Source: Heteronotia binoei (Eukaryota). From it: 64,000 nt of DNA. This document shows positions 13,246-25,216 of the stretch, piece after piece. Each line of letters begins with the position of its first letter. The stretch's first letter is position 1. Location: positions 51,460,001 through 51,524,000 of the forward strand of contig NC_083223.1 in assembly GCF_032191835.1 (NCBI RefSeq), given 5' to 3'. A program made the position numbers and the translations under genes. The notes under the pieces are model-generated. The model saw only the letters and a program-made list of their open reading frames with translations. It did no database searches and was not told where the DNA came from.

Positions 13246-13293
13246 GGTGGTCACTGTTGGGAGTGGGGTTTGGGACTCCCAACAGTGACCACC
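13246..13293. repeat. Perfect 19-bp inverted repeat with 10-nt loop
   Basis: GGTGGTCACTGTTGGGAGT-ggggtttggg-ACTCCCAACAGTGACCACC. Confidence 0.95.
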
Positions 13294-13921
13294 AGCCAAC
13301 TGTCCAAGAGCATGCAGGAACCCCTGAAATGGCATCTCTACCCAAGGGACATGTTTTTCCATAATTTCATCTGTTACACAAGGTGGGGGACCCATCCTGT
13401 TTTCTTTGAAATGTGTTTATTAGAACAGTGGAGAGACAGGTATGTCTATGAGACCATACAGTTTTCCACAGGACTGCCAAGGTTAGATCATTCCTAATCT
13501 TAAATAAATGAGTTGTTTCCATGAAATGTATAACCGGTATCACTGAGAGGAAAGAAATAAAGAGAGTCTCTCTAATGCAATCACTATACTTAGAAAGAAA
13601 GAATATATCAGTGTTCTCTTCATCTCAATAGTAGCTGTGTTTATTGGAATGCACTTCTTGCTTCATGCTCCATTCTCTGGATTATTACACAAATATTTTA
13701 TGCTCTGGTCATTTTACAAGTACATTAGCTCTTAGGAAAAGTGCAGTAGTCGTATTAGTGTTCCATGAGGCTGTTATAAAGAAATCCACCTGGGAGGCTT
13801 AAATTTTATATTTTCAGCTGTGCTAATTATCCTCCCAGGGATTAATTAGGAGAATTTTTCTAGCTTTCCAAGAAGTTTACGTTCACATTCAGTTTGATAA
13901 AAGAATCAATTTGAACAGTGA

Positions 13922-13949
<28 letters not shown>
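13922..13949. repeat. (TC)n microsatellite (copy at 29002-29029)
   Basis: Directly visible. Confidence 0.95.
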
Positions 13950-13952
<3 letters not shown>

Positions 13953-14116
13953 CACATGTTCAAGAACATTCACACATTCTCCCAAAATTTGTCTCTCACT
14001 TTTTAAATATATCGGTGGCTGAGGAGGTACTCAAATGCCACAGTTAAACTAAAAAGTGTATTGACTCATAATACATGTAAAAAGATTTTTCTCTTCCATT
14101 TGTTTTATGCTTTCAG

Positions 14117-14262
14117 GGAAAGCTGGCAGGAATAATTATAGTTATACATTCAGTGGAAGAAGATTAACATGTTGGAGGTCAGAAGTATTTGTGAAATGTT
14201 TCATTTAAGTGTATCGGGTTAAATGAAGAATGTGACATCGCTGGTGCAATTTCTCCTGAAAG
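14117..14262 (+). other. Candidate 146-nt exon, all frames closed (UTR or non-coding?); copy at 29197-29342
   Basis: TTTTATGCTTTCAG acceptor and AAG|GTATTT donor. No through-going ORF. Confidence 0.2.
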
Positions 14263-15392
14263 GTATTTTTTTTAAAAAAAAAAACACCTTAATTTCCACT
14301 CTGTCATACTGAAGGTTTGTCACAACATTACATGCTTGTGAAAATAACTTGTTCATGATTTTATGTTTTTTAACATTTTAACATGTGAGACAAGAAAAGT
14401 CAGAAACAGAAGGGTATTCAGATCTTTCACCACCAGCTGGATTCTGCTCCAATCTACCCCCTCCCACCACCAGCTGCTTTCGTCTCAGGTTTGCCAGCCC
14501 CCCTGCCAGCTCCCATTGCCTGATGCTGCTTGGAGCAGTAGTGGGATTAAAAAAAAATCAGTGGTTTTCAGGCCAACAGCATGACATCACTTCCAGGGAA
14601 AACCCAGACATGACATCAGTCCTTTATGGGAATGCTGGAAACTCTATGGGTGTGATCACACCAGAGATTTAGTCCAGTGGTATCCCGGCTCTGAAATTCC
14701 ATAGCCTGGCATTCACAAAGCCCCCCACCCTTCTGCTGGGAGCGGCATGGGCTGCATATGCACAAGATGAGCATTCAGACTGCTCATGCACATGCTGGGC
14801 AGGTGCAAGTTGCAAGGTGCAAGGCGGGTGCAGTGAGTGCCTTCAGACAGCCAGGAAATGCACCCTACATATAGTTTAGAGGTTTGCTACCAGGGAGTTC
14901 CCAGTAGCTATTTAACTTATCAGACAAAGTATCCATTTCTACTATATCCAAAATCATTGCTAACAAATCATCTAATGTCGGCAATTCTCTTTTTTCCCCA
15001 ATGTTTTGCCAGTAATATTCTTGCGGCAGTTATTACATTCAATGTTACATGTTCAAATTATTTCCCCAGCTTATCAGATGGCAAATTTAATAGAAATAAT
15101 TCTGGTTTGAAAGGAAAAAGCAACTCCTTCTCTCAAACACACACCAATAAGACAATTAAAAACAAGATACATACAAGACACAGAAACAGCAATTAAAATA
15201 CTTTTTAGGAAGGAGGAATCATTGAGGGAATGCCAAATGAAACAAAAAAAAAATAGTTACCTGATGCAGGAGATGGCAAGAGAAACCAGCAGTTTCTTGT
15301 AAATGTTAAAGAGCACGGGACAAAATGGAACCTTATGGCACCTCAAAGGCCAAAGTGCTAAACAGCAGCTGCCTAGCACTATCCTCTGAATC

Positions 15393-15710
15393 CTACCCTC
15401 CTAGTAGGACCAGAATGACTGCAGACTGCTTCCCAATCCCAACCCAGATAAGGCAGTCCAGAAGGACACCATGATTGATGGTATCAGACATGGCCGAGGG
15501 GTCCAGGAGAATCAATAGAGTCACACTCTGTCTTTCCGTCTCCCTGTGCAAATCATCCACAAGGGCCACCAAGCCTGTTACAGTCCCATAACCAGGCCTA
15601 AACCCAGATGGGAAGGGATCTAAACAATTTATCTCGTCCAAGAAAGCTTGTAGTTGCCCTGCCACCACGCAGTCACCTTGCTCAAGAATGAAATACCTGA
15701 GACTAGTCAA
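15393..15710 (-). mobile_element. Old L2 RT fragment (copy at 30473-30790)
   Basis: QLQAFLDE..CLDPFPSGFRPGYGT.T.LVALVDDL..LLILLD.SA..DTINH is homologous to the L2 RTs at 5.7 kb and 52.5 kb. Confidence 0.85.
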
Positions 15711-16840
15711 TAATTACTGAGATATCCCAGCATGTGTTTGAAACTCCTCAGAATATGAAAGGAACAACTTGGAGTGAGAATGTATGGAGCAAAGCATTAC
15801 AGAGTGTGGCAGGGGTTCATCCAATGGTTTTCTTCCCTTTTGAAGGCTTGATTCCAACATACACCCCCCCCCCCCCCGCTGAGCATCACTTTACTGTATA
15901 AATGTGGGGTGTGCAGCAAAAAAATGATATTTTTCAGATCTGGCTACATTGGAGCAAAAAACCAAAATCAGTATTTCCAGTTTCCCAGATATACCTTACC
16001 AATATTTGGATCTGAGTGTTTTTTTAGTTTCTCGTTTTTAGTTAAGCAGCCAACCCTGATGAGATCAGGCTAGTCTGGGCTATGCAGATCAGTTTATGCA
16101 TGAGATAGTGGTGAGCATACAGCACCAGTTAATCAAAGGGGAAAAAACCCAACCTTTCATGCACATGCAGTTTAATAGTAATAATTTTTACATTAGATCT
16201 AAGCCTTGATAATAGCATTGACTGCTTCTCTGGTGACAAAAAAAAATGGTTGCCATTAGCATGACAGGAAGTGGGTGCATTCTGGGAAGGTTTTGTGCAC
16301 TATTCAACCAAATGCCCGATCTTGCATGAAGCAGGGGAAAGCCCCCTCTGCCCTTCCTTTGTCTTTCTTAAGTGGGGCTAATGGGAAAATTGAGATGCTA
16401 ATTTCATTAGTACATGCTCAAATGAAGTTGACAGAAAGTCGGTTCTAAGGTTTGCTTTTTTAAACTGTGGAACAACTTCAACCTGACGACAGATTTAAAA
16501 AAAAAAAAAAACTCATTGAAATACAATAATAAAGAAAGCCTTGCAGTGTAATCCTGTACAGAGTTACTCTAGACTGAACCCATAGGAGTGCACTGTGAGA
16601 CAGCAGCACATTTACCTGGGAGTAACCATATTAAATAAAATGGGACATGTCTGAGTAAACATGTGTAGGACTAGGCTATTAGTCTACGAGGTGGTGGGGG
16701 ATGTGTGTGTACTCTTTTATTACATGCCAATTTAAAGTGAAAGATCAAAGTGCATAAGTGGCAAATACCTAGCTTGATCTTCTGTGGAAGGCTGACCAGC
16801 TTTCTGCTTTCAAGTAAACTAGTAAAGAAGATATAACAGT

Positions 16841-17056
16841 CATGAACATATGAACATATGAAGCTGCCTTATACTGAACCAGACTTTTGGTCCATCAAAG
16901 TCAGTATTGTCTTCTCAGACTGGCAGCGGCTCTCCAGGGTCTCAAGCTGAGGTTTTTCACACCTATTTGCCTGGACCCTTTTTTGGAGATGCCAGGGGTT
17001 GAACCTGGGACCTTCTGCTTCCCAAGCAGATGCTCTACCACTGAGCCACTGTCCCT
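16841..17056 (-). mobile_element. tRNA-derived SINE with CR1-like tail (Squam2-type); copy at 31922-32137
   Basis: Head GGACAGTGGCTCAGTGGTAGAGCATCTGC..GGTTCAACCCC (A/B boxes). Tail GATGGACCAAAAGTCTGGTTCAGTATAAGGCAGC(TTCATATG)n. Confidence 0.9.
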
Positions 17057-17094
17057 TGACATGGATTGCATTATGGACACACAAAGTATTCTTG

Positions 17095-17930
17095 TTTATT
17101 TCAAAAAGATATTTATATCCCACCCTTCCTCACTGCCCAAGACAGATCACAAATCATGATTTAAAAGCACGCAGAATAAAATAGCAGTCTAATCTCCATT
17201 AAAAGCCCTGGCAAGTAACATGGTTCTGCAGCACCTGCTAGACATTTCTAATGATTGTGGGGGGGGGGGGCATCTTCTCAGGGAGGCCATTCCACAATGT
17301 GGGATCTATAGTAGAAAACCTGGTTGATTTGAGGTAGGTTACTCTAAATGGAGGAACAACCAGCAGGTGGCAGTCTAGAGAACACAATGGGCACACAGGG
17401 GCATATAAGAAGAGATGTAGGTCCAAGAACATGAAGGTAGGTCCAAGAACATGAAGGACTTTATGGGTCATAATCAACACCTTAAAATGAATTAAGAAAC
17501 AAGCTGGCAACCAGTATAGCTCCTTAAAGGCAGGCAGGATAAGTTTGTGTTGCCTAATAATAATCAGACTAAAGATTCTGAATCAGCTGCATTTTCAGGG
17601 TTGTCTTTAAGGGTAGAGTGCTCTGTAGTAATCCAACTGTGAGGTAGCAAAAGCATGGATCAGCAAGACTGAGCCCATGAGCACCTCCAGTCTCTTAACG
17701 TGCTCTGCAAGTGCCGACTGCACTCAATCCACTACCTGCGGTTCCAGTCCTTCTCAAATCAGCCTTCCTGACCAGCAGTTCTTGTCTGCATTCAGTTCTA
17801 TAGGGAAAAAAGGATGTTGCATCACTTTGTCCTACCGTTAAGCAACATAGCTCAGTTCTAGACTACATGATGGGATAGTCATTGCCACACCAGGCATCCT
17901 TTCAGTGACCTCCTTTTCATGAGGAAATCA
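17095..17930 (-). mobile_element. Decayed L2 3' portion (copy at ~32176-33010)
   Basis: LPACFLIHFKVLIMTHKVLH.LGP..LWNGLPE matches the L2 ORF2 C-terminus. L2-type tail near 17095-17130. Confidence 0.75.
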
Positions 17931-18660
17931 GTGGAATGCAGATCTGTTCAAGACGTAGAGGAAAAAGAGATCATAGCTTTGGCATAGAATGAGACCAAAT
18001 ATAGCTACTGGGGACTTAAATAGAAGTAAAGCATGCTTAACTGTAGAAATATAGATTTGCTGGAAATGAGTAAACTTTTCTGCTGGTGGAAAAGAGAGGA
18101 AGACCACCCAGAAAAGTTGTGCTGGGGACCATGGGATTAGCATGTACAAAAGCTGTATTGGATGAGGGCTGTAGTTAGCAGTAAAATTGGGTAAGACTAT
18201 GTGAAAAAGGTGGCTGGATCGATCTCAATAATTAATTTCCATTTTAGTTACTGCCCCCTCCTGACATCCCCATTGACTTGCACACATTCTTTAGGTTTCT
18301 CCAGTGAAATTCACAGAGTAGGTTTGGGGATATGAATTTCTTTTCCCAAAATTCACTTCTTGAGATATATCCATTGATTCCTCTTATTCTGCTTTTTCTT
18401 TTTTAAAGAGGGATTTCTTTTTCATTTCTCTTTGATTTCTCTTCATAGATAAATCCATGAACCCTCTGGAATTTCATGCCTCGCAGTTATTTTAAGTTAC
18501 ACTTGACAGAGTGGTACTAATTAATAATTCTTATCATATGGCAGGGTGTGTAGAATAGCCAGGAGATCCTAAGATTGTCTGGCAGCCAGAAGTTCTAACT
18601 CTTTTAGCATTATGCCCCACTAGATGGCAAGCTAGACTTGTTTTTAAAGGCAAAAGATAT

Positions 18661-18787
18661 TTCATTGCCTGCTTCTGTGTCATGCCGCTGGCATTCCTTA
18701 GAGGTCACCCATCTAAATACTAGCCAGGGCCAACCCTGCTTAGCATCAAATATCAGATGAGATTGGGCTAGCCTTGTACTGTTATCA
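18661..18787 (-). mobile_element. 5S rRNA-derived SINE (5S-Sauria-like); copy at 33741-33867
   Basis: CCCAATCTCATCTGATATTTGATGCTAAGCAGGGTTGGCCCTGGCTAGTATTTAGATGGGTGACC aligns to the 5S internal control region. It is followed by GCAGGCAATG, resembling the Sauria/BovB-type segment. Confidence 0.8.
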
Positions 18788-18825
18788 GATTTAGGGAGAC
18801 ACGGCCTTAATTTGAGCACCTACAG

Positions 18826-19017
18826 AGTGAAATTCTGAAATTTTACAGAACTGCCCTTTCTGCCTCTTCTCTCTTCAAATTTCTCTTTGATGAAAATGCA
18901 ATTGATTTGAAACAGAATCTAAATTCCTTAACAAAGGAAAAGAAATGGATTGTTGGATTTAGGGAACAATTGAGTAAAGATGAAAAATTAATGGATGTGG
19001 AAAACACATACTTCTGG
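18826..19017 (+). other. Candidate 192-nt symmetric (phase 0-0) exon, unidentified; copy at 33906-34097
   Basis: CCTACAG acceptor and TGG|GTAGGC donor. 64 open codons (SEILKFYRTALSASSLFKFLFDENAIDLKQNL..DVENTYFW) in AT-rich DNA. The pyrimidine tract is weak. Confidence 0.25.
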
Positions 19018-19619
19018 GTAGGCATATGAAGAACTACATTCAGAAATTCCCACTTTTTCATGGTTTCTTCCTCTTCATTATTCAGTAGTGACCTTGAGTG
19101 ACTTAATCCACTCTTTAAGCAAATCAAACTTAAATTGGATGATGTCCAAGTTCTTTAGTAGTATTTATCATAGTATTTGTTTTAATTTGGAGAGAGAGCC
19201 AACTTCAGTTTCTTATCCAAACAACCAATAAAACAAATTCACTTTTTCTCATTATTACAAGTCATCACCAAATGCAATGCACTGGACATTTTAGGTATAT
19301 CAGTGAATGTATTAGGAAAGAGAAGACGAAAAATAGCAAGGGTAAGAGGAGGAGAGGCGACCATAAATATCAGATATTCACAGTGACCTATGTTCCCCGT
19401 GTTAATAGATCTCAAAGAACTTGCACCACCAGTTAATCAAAATATTCACACTACTGCTAGGTGATATACCACAGGAGATTCAGTTCATCTCTAAATTATC
19501 ATAACAAAAGGGGGCGCCTGAAAGACCTATCGCTGCCCAGCTCAGATCTTGGCAGACATTATATAAATGGGTAATTACATAAATGGATAATTTGAAATGA
19601 TCCTTCAGCATTTGAGCAG

Positions 19620-19780
19620 CCTGAAGAATACGCCTCTGAATCTCAGAGCCAGGAGGCTACATAAGGGCAGGGCCTCAGCCTCTATGCCTTGTTATTGGAT
19701 GTCCAGAGGAACTGTTTGAGACAGGATGCTGGACTAGATGGACTATTGGTCTGATCCAGCAGGGCTCTTCTTAGGTTCTG
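19620..19780 (+). mobile_element. CR1 3'UTR fragment (copy at 34700-34860)
   Basis: GAGACAGGATGCTGGACTAGATGGACTATTGGTCTGATCCAGCAGGGCTCTTCTTAGGTTCT is a CR1 terminal hairpin and tail. Confidence 0.8.
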
Positions 19781-21577
19781 TTATTGTCTCTCATCTTTTC
19801 CTTGCACCTCCACTCCTTTTCATCTGTGGGCTGTCTGCCACCTCTCCCTGCCACTAGTCTGCTGGGCAGTGGGAGGCAAAAAGGAGAGGTGATCAAAATT
19901 GCTTGGTGCAATGAGATCACTTTTAGCATGACCTGCAAATGATGTCATTGCAATGTACAATGCTCTAGCATTTCAAAACTCTCTGGTTAAATCATAGAGT
20001 TTCAGGTGAATGCAAGAGCATCATCCCTGGCATGATGACTTCACTCTCAGGTAGTGATGAAATTGACAACATCATGCCTGGGATGATACCAACTATATAA
20101 ATCCCCACCTCCCCCATCTCCTCCAGCTTCTAAGTGTGGACTGGCAGTCCTAATGCTTAAGTATATTAAATGGGGCTTACTCCCAGAAAAGTGTTATTGA
20201 GATTGCATTGATTTGGTATCAATGGTTTTAGACTGCATAGGATTGAGTGGGAAGAGTTCTTCTCAATAAATATTGCTTCTCAAACCCTTCCCTTGCCTCT
20301 TAATCCAATCTATTCCCAAAGTAAATTCCTGGGAGTCAAGGCAGTCTTGGAAATCTTTAATGTAGAAGGTGGTTTCCCTGATTCCTTGGTTAGCATGAAA
20401 CTAAGTCAACCACTGCTGGACTAGATGGACTACTGGTCTGATCCAGCATATTCAGTACTCTGTACAATGCAACGCAGCATGTAGAGACAGGTAGTAGAAA
20501 GAGATATTTTAGCTGCATATTTTTACCTTTTACTAGATGTTAGTCAAAACAATAAAAAGTTAAAGGCTAGGTGCTTTGGGATCAATGGATCCCAGTCATT
20601 ATATTTAACTGACATCTGTTCATAATTCATGACTTTAATATTTCATATTAATAATTTATATGCAAACCTGACACCAGCTATAATGTACACGTAAGTTAAG
20701 ATCGGCTCTCTGTCCTGATTTAAAGACATTTACAAGCGAAACACTCCTACTCACATCTCAGTCTCACTTGTCAAAATACCTTGAAAAGGTACTTGATGCC
20801 TGACATTTTTTCTTACATGAGTATTGGGGGGGGGGGGGATGTACAAGGATTTATTTTGCCACAACTGTACGTGCTTGGAAGCAAGTTGACTGCGTTCAGA
20901 CAACATAAACAAGTCACGGCTTGTGCATGAGTTAAAAAAACCTGAAACCCAATCTCATTCTTTCATCCCCTCCCTGTTATCTTCCATTGCTTGTGGAACT
21001 GAGACTGGAGACTTCCTGCTTTAATAAGCTTGTGATCTAAACAATTTTATGTAATATTTGGGAGCTTTAACAAATTGGGGGGTGTCCCAAAAACTGGGTT
21101 AGAATCCCAGTCTGTGGGTAAGAAACAAAACCTAATATGCTGAAGTACTCAAATTCAGAGATAGCAACAGTGTGGTTAGAATAAAATTTTGCTCTGAATA
21201 AAAATAGGTTATATACTAGCAGGAGCCTTACAAGGACTAGTGCAGAACATAGCATTGTCCCATCCCCAACTACTTCCTTTTCTGTTCCCTGAAAGCCCCC
21301 ATAGCCTCTTCCATTTTCTGGCTTCCTTCCCACCCAGCAGCTACCTTACCTTTGTTTGCCACTCTATCTTCATCTTCCTGTTCTTCCCTCTCCCTGGATG
21401 GATCACTGTGGGAAAACTCTAGCTGAGTTGTGTGGCACTAACTGCAAGGCCCGGACACAACTGTATTGAGGGGTAACCGCAAGGACTTGTAGGGGATAAC
21501 TCACTTTCTTCTGTACATTCTGGTAGCCACTATATCCTCTCCTCCTTCCCTGCTTCCTTCCCACTCACCCACCAACC

Positions 21578-21718
21578 TACTCATTTATTCACTTTATTTA
21601 TTTCTCACTTTAAACCCCAATGGGGACCCAAAGTGGCTTACATCATTCTCCTCCTCTTTGTTTTATGCTCGTATCAACTGAGATAGGTTAAGCTGAGAGT
21701 GTATAACTGGCCCACAGT
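21578..21718 (-). mobile_element. Partial Squam3-type SINE (L2 tail); copy at 36658-36798
   Basis: CCCCAATGGGGACCCAAAGTGGCTTACATCATTCTCCTCCTC..GGTTAAGCTGAGAG. Confidence 0.7.
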
Positions 21719-21735
21719 TAGGCAAGGCTACTACA

Positions 21736-21888
21736 TAGGGTTGCCAAGTCCCCCGCAGCCTCCGGCCATACCATACCATGGAGTTTTCCCTCTCAAATTG
21801 CTAGAACATCCGGGAAAACCATAGAATTTTCCCGGAAGCTCCTAGAGTGACCAGCGCGTGACGTCGACCTGGGAACTTGGCAGCCATA
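21736..21888. mobile_element. 153-bp hAT MITE (TAGGGTTGCC family); copy at 36816-36968
   Basis: TIRs TAGGGTTGCCAAGT / ACTTGGCAGCCATA. Exact 8-bp TSD CTACTACA at 21728-21735 and 21889-21896. Confidence 0.9.
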
Positions 21889-22492
21889 CTACTACACCCC
21901 GGTCCTATATCCAACTCCCACTCACTCAAGGCGAGTCATGAGAAAAACACATCCTGCGATTGAAGCAGCAGGGCAGCATGTTGGCAGAGCTCTGGGGTGG
22001 GCTGGCAGTTCACCCCACACTTTGACTCCCAGCTTCCTTCTGGCAGGGTTCACAGGAGTCCCTGGCCCACCTTGGAAGCTATCATGGACAGAAGAGACCT
22101 TGCAGGGACAGTTGGCAGTTCCCTCCTGGGTTCAAGTTCCCATTAGCCATAAAGCTCCCAATGTCAGTTTAGGCCCCTGTCAAGCATGTGCCGATCCAGT
22201 AGGAGCAGAGAGATTGGGGCCAGCTGAGGCCTGGAGCAAATAATGGCTTCACTTCTCACCAGGCAAAATGGCTGTGCAGTGTAAAGTGGGTGCTGGGTGA
22301 GTGAAGGGAGCCTCTTGGACAGGGATCATTTGATTGCAATGCACCCCCTTCTAATTCTAATTAATTTAATTAAATGATTTAATTTGATTTAATTTAAATG
22401 CTTTAATTAGCACCTCTGGTACGCTGCCCTCAAAAATTCCTGTCTACAAGACTGCCCAGCAAGCTACCTATTTTTGCCTCCATTTTCCACCT

Positions 22493-22730
22493 ATATTTAT
22501 TATTTCTTTACTTCATTTATAACCCCACCTTTCTCCACAATGTGGACTTAGAGCAGTTTACATCCTCCTTCTCTCCTCCATTTCCCCCCTACAATAATCC
22601 TGTGAGGTAAGTTAGGTTGAGAATGTGTGACTAGCTCAAGGTTACTCAGTGAGTTTTCACAATAGAGCAGGGATTTGAACCTTGGTCTCCCAGATCCTAG
22701 TCTGAAACTCTATCCACTGTGTCTTGCTGG
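22493..22730 (-). mobile_element. Squam3-type tRNA SINE with L2-like tail; copy at 37573-37810
   Basis: Head CCAGCAAGACACAGTGGATAGAG..GGTTCAAATCCC, body CCTAACTTACCTCACAGG, tail GGTGGGGTTATAAAT. Confidence 0.85.
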
Positions 22731-23512
22731 TTTTTACAAGGTCAATTAACCAAAAATAAGCCATGAACAAAATTACTGATATAAAAAATTGTATCAGGCT
22801 TATAAAGAATCCATTATAGTTCAAATTCAATATCTATAACAAAGTCCTTCACACACTGATTTTTAAATGTGTTGTGTCTGTGTGTAGGCACAATCCCCCA
22901 TCCCCCAAATCCCCAAGGCTTTTCCCTTAGAATATTCTTTAAGATAACAGGAACCTTAAAGATCATTGTATGGGCTAAATCTTCACCTGGTGGTCATCAA
23001 CAGAGGTTGGAAATAATGCAGGCTGGAAAAGAGCATGGGCAGACCCTGTACAAACCTTCTCCAACATTGATTCATCTGAAACTGAAGACTCTGGATTTAC
23101 CTCAGGAGAGGATTCCAATAACTCTAGTTCATCCCATGAACATCCATATAAAAAGAAATTCAAGGGCACTCCTTTTTTTATGGAGAGGTCCTCCAAGACA
23201 AGCAAACAAGAGAACATATCGTTAATTTTTAAGAGACAGTTTTAACCTCTAAGGAGCGATCAGTGTTGAATGTATTTAAACTTGTATCAATTTCTTAAAC
23301 TTGTTCAACAGGTCAATCTCATGAAAGTGTTTGGTAATGACTGCTCTGTAACTTTAAATTCTTTCCTCCCTTCTTCAGTGTGTGTGCCCAGTGTCAGTGA
23401 TCCCAATATACTGTGCTTTGAGAAAGTTATACTATGAGATGTCATTAAAGCTGAAGTAAGTTTTAAAGTCTCATCGTATAATTTAACACATATTCAGAAC
23501 ATGACTTTAAAC

Positions 23513-23682
23513 CAGCAGTCATTTTGTAGAAAAATAGGTGGTGGAGCTCACCTAGGGATTGTTATGAAGCTGCACATACTATTCAATGGACAAGGAGGTG
23601 GAACTCTCAGAAGGAGGAGGTGGAACTTTCAGAAAGGTTCAGGAGCTGCGCCCCTGTGAGCTCCCACTGAATCTTAGGCCTG
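23513..23682. mobile_element. 170-bp hAT-type MITE inserted in the Penelope RT; copy at 38593-38762
   Basis: CAG...CTG ends and exact 8-bp TSD CTTTAAAC (23505-23512, 23683-23690). Removing it gives QNMTLNRLADDNNIVIKQADKGG. Confidence 0.88.
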
Positions 23683-24933
23683 CTTTAAACCGACTTGCAG
23701 ATGACAATAATATTGTAATCAAGCAAGCAGATAAAGGTGGGGCCATTGTCATTCAAAACAGGACCAATTATTGCAATGGCAACTATCAAACAGGACAAGT
23801 TATTTACCCATTAATAATGGTCAAACACATCATATTGCCAGATTAATTAAGATGGATTTTATAGAAGCTGGAATGATTATAGACAATAAATTGGTCAGGT
23901 ATTTATAGAGAGTTTCCTAGGACTCCTGTGCTATATATACTTCCTAAAATCTGCAAAAATGGTTTTCCCCCTCCAGGTAAACCAATTATTTCTGGAAACA
24001 ACTCTTTATTAGAACCATTGTCTAAATATTTTGATCATTTTTTGCAGCCACTCATGTTAAAGACTAGATCATAATCGTGGGATACCAGTGACTTCATTTT
24101 TAAAATAGAAGGTTTGAATATGCCTGATGATACTGTCTTTATGACAGTATACGCGTATTCCTCTAGATGAGGCATGTTTTATTTTAGAACAAACCCTTGA
24201 CCAATGGGCCCAATGATCTCCCCCTACTTATTTACTTATTGAACTCGCAGATATCGTTTTTGTAAAAAAAAAACTATTTCAGATTTAAAGATGACTTTTT
24301 TTACCAAAGGAGAGATATGGCTATGGGTAATAACTCTCCTCATAATGTTGCCAACTTATCCATAGCCAAGTTGAAAAATCAGTTCATTTATTATTCAGAT
24401 CAGAACCCTTTTTATAATTCCATTATAGTGTATAAATGTTATATAGATTATTTAATTTTTATTTTATTTTCCCTGGAAGAACAAACAGGGAAGTTTTTGA
24501 ATCGGATAAATGAAATCCACACAACCATTAAATTCTCCAGATAGTGGAATGCTAAAGAAATAGCTTACCTGGATATGACACTGTATCACACTTTAAATAA
24601 CACTTTGGCTGTTAAGCTACTCAGGAAAGATACTGACAGAGGATCATACTTGCACTATCAATCTTGTCACCTGCTACATTAAAAAAAATAATATTCCACA
24701 TAGACAGTTTTTGTGGGTAAAGAGAAATTCCACTAATACACAACATTACAAAAGGGATGGTGACAGACTAGCAAAGGTGTTTTGCAGGAGAGGTTACCCT
24801 CCAGATGTTATGCAAACAGCTAGAGAATGACCCAATACTAGGAACAGAATGGAGGTCTTTAAACATCTTAAAGGGACCACAACTGAAAGCATAAAATGCA
24901 GCTTTGATTTTTGCCTCATTTTCTAACACCTTA

Positions 24934-25216
24934 AGAGCCCATGGCGAAGAGTGGTTAAGCTGTAGTACTGCAGTCAGAGCCCTCTGCTCATGGCCTGAAT
25001 TCGATTCCAGTGGAAGCTGGTTCAGGTAGCCGGCTCAAGGTTGACTCAGCCTTCCATCCTTCCAAGATCGGTAAAATGAGTACCCAGTTTGCTGGGGGGA
25101 AAGTGTAATGACCAGGGAAAGCAATGGCAAACCACCCCGTAAAAAGGTCTGTCGTGAAAACACCATCACCCCAGAGTCGGAAACGACTGGTGTTTGCACA
25201 GGGGATCTTTCCTTTC
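24934..25216 (+). mobile_element. Sauria (Squam1) SINE inserted in Penelope; copy at 40014-40296
   Basis: tRNA head, core AGGTTGACTCAGCCTTCCATCCTTCC..AAAATGAGTACCCAG, GCAATGGCAAACCAC, and CTTTCCTTTC tail. 11-bp TSD CTAACACCTTA. Confidence 0.93.

Noticed and set aside
16990-17056. tRNA genes (also 24934-25020 and 22660-22730)
   Set aside because: They are degenerate heads attached to SINE bodies and tails with no complete cloverleaf.
18690-18787. Functional 5S rRNA gene
   Set aside because: Many substitutions, both ends non-5S, no T-run terminator, and it continues into SINE-like sequence.
18843-19127. Minus-strand ORF with a GPCR TM7-like string (SLLNCSLNPTIHFFSFVKEFR)
   Set aside because: No upstream hydrophobic TM6 or other helices in any frame, NPxxY is not intact, and a competing plus-strand open frame exists. 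Probably chance.
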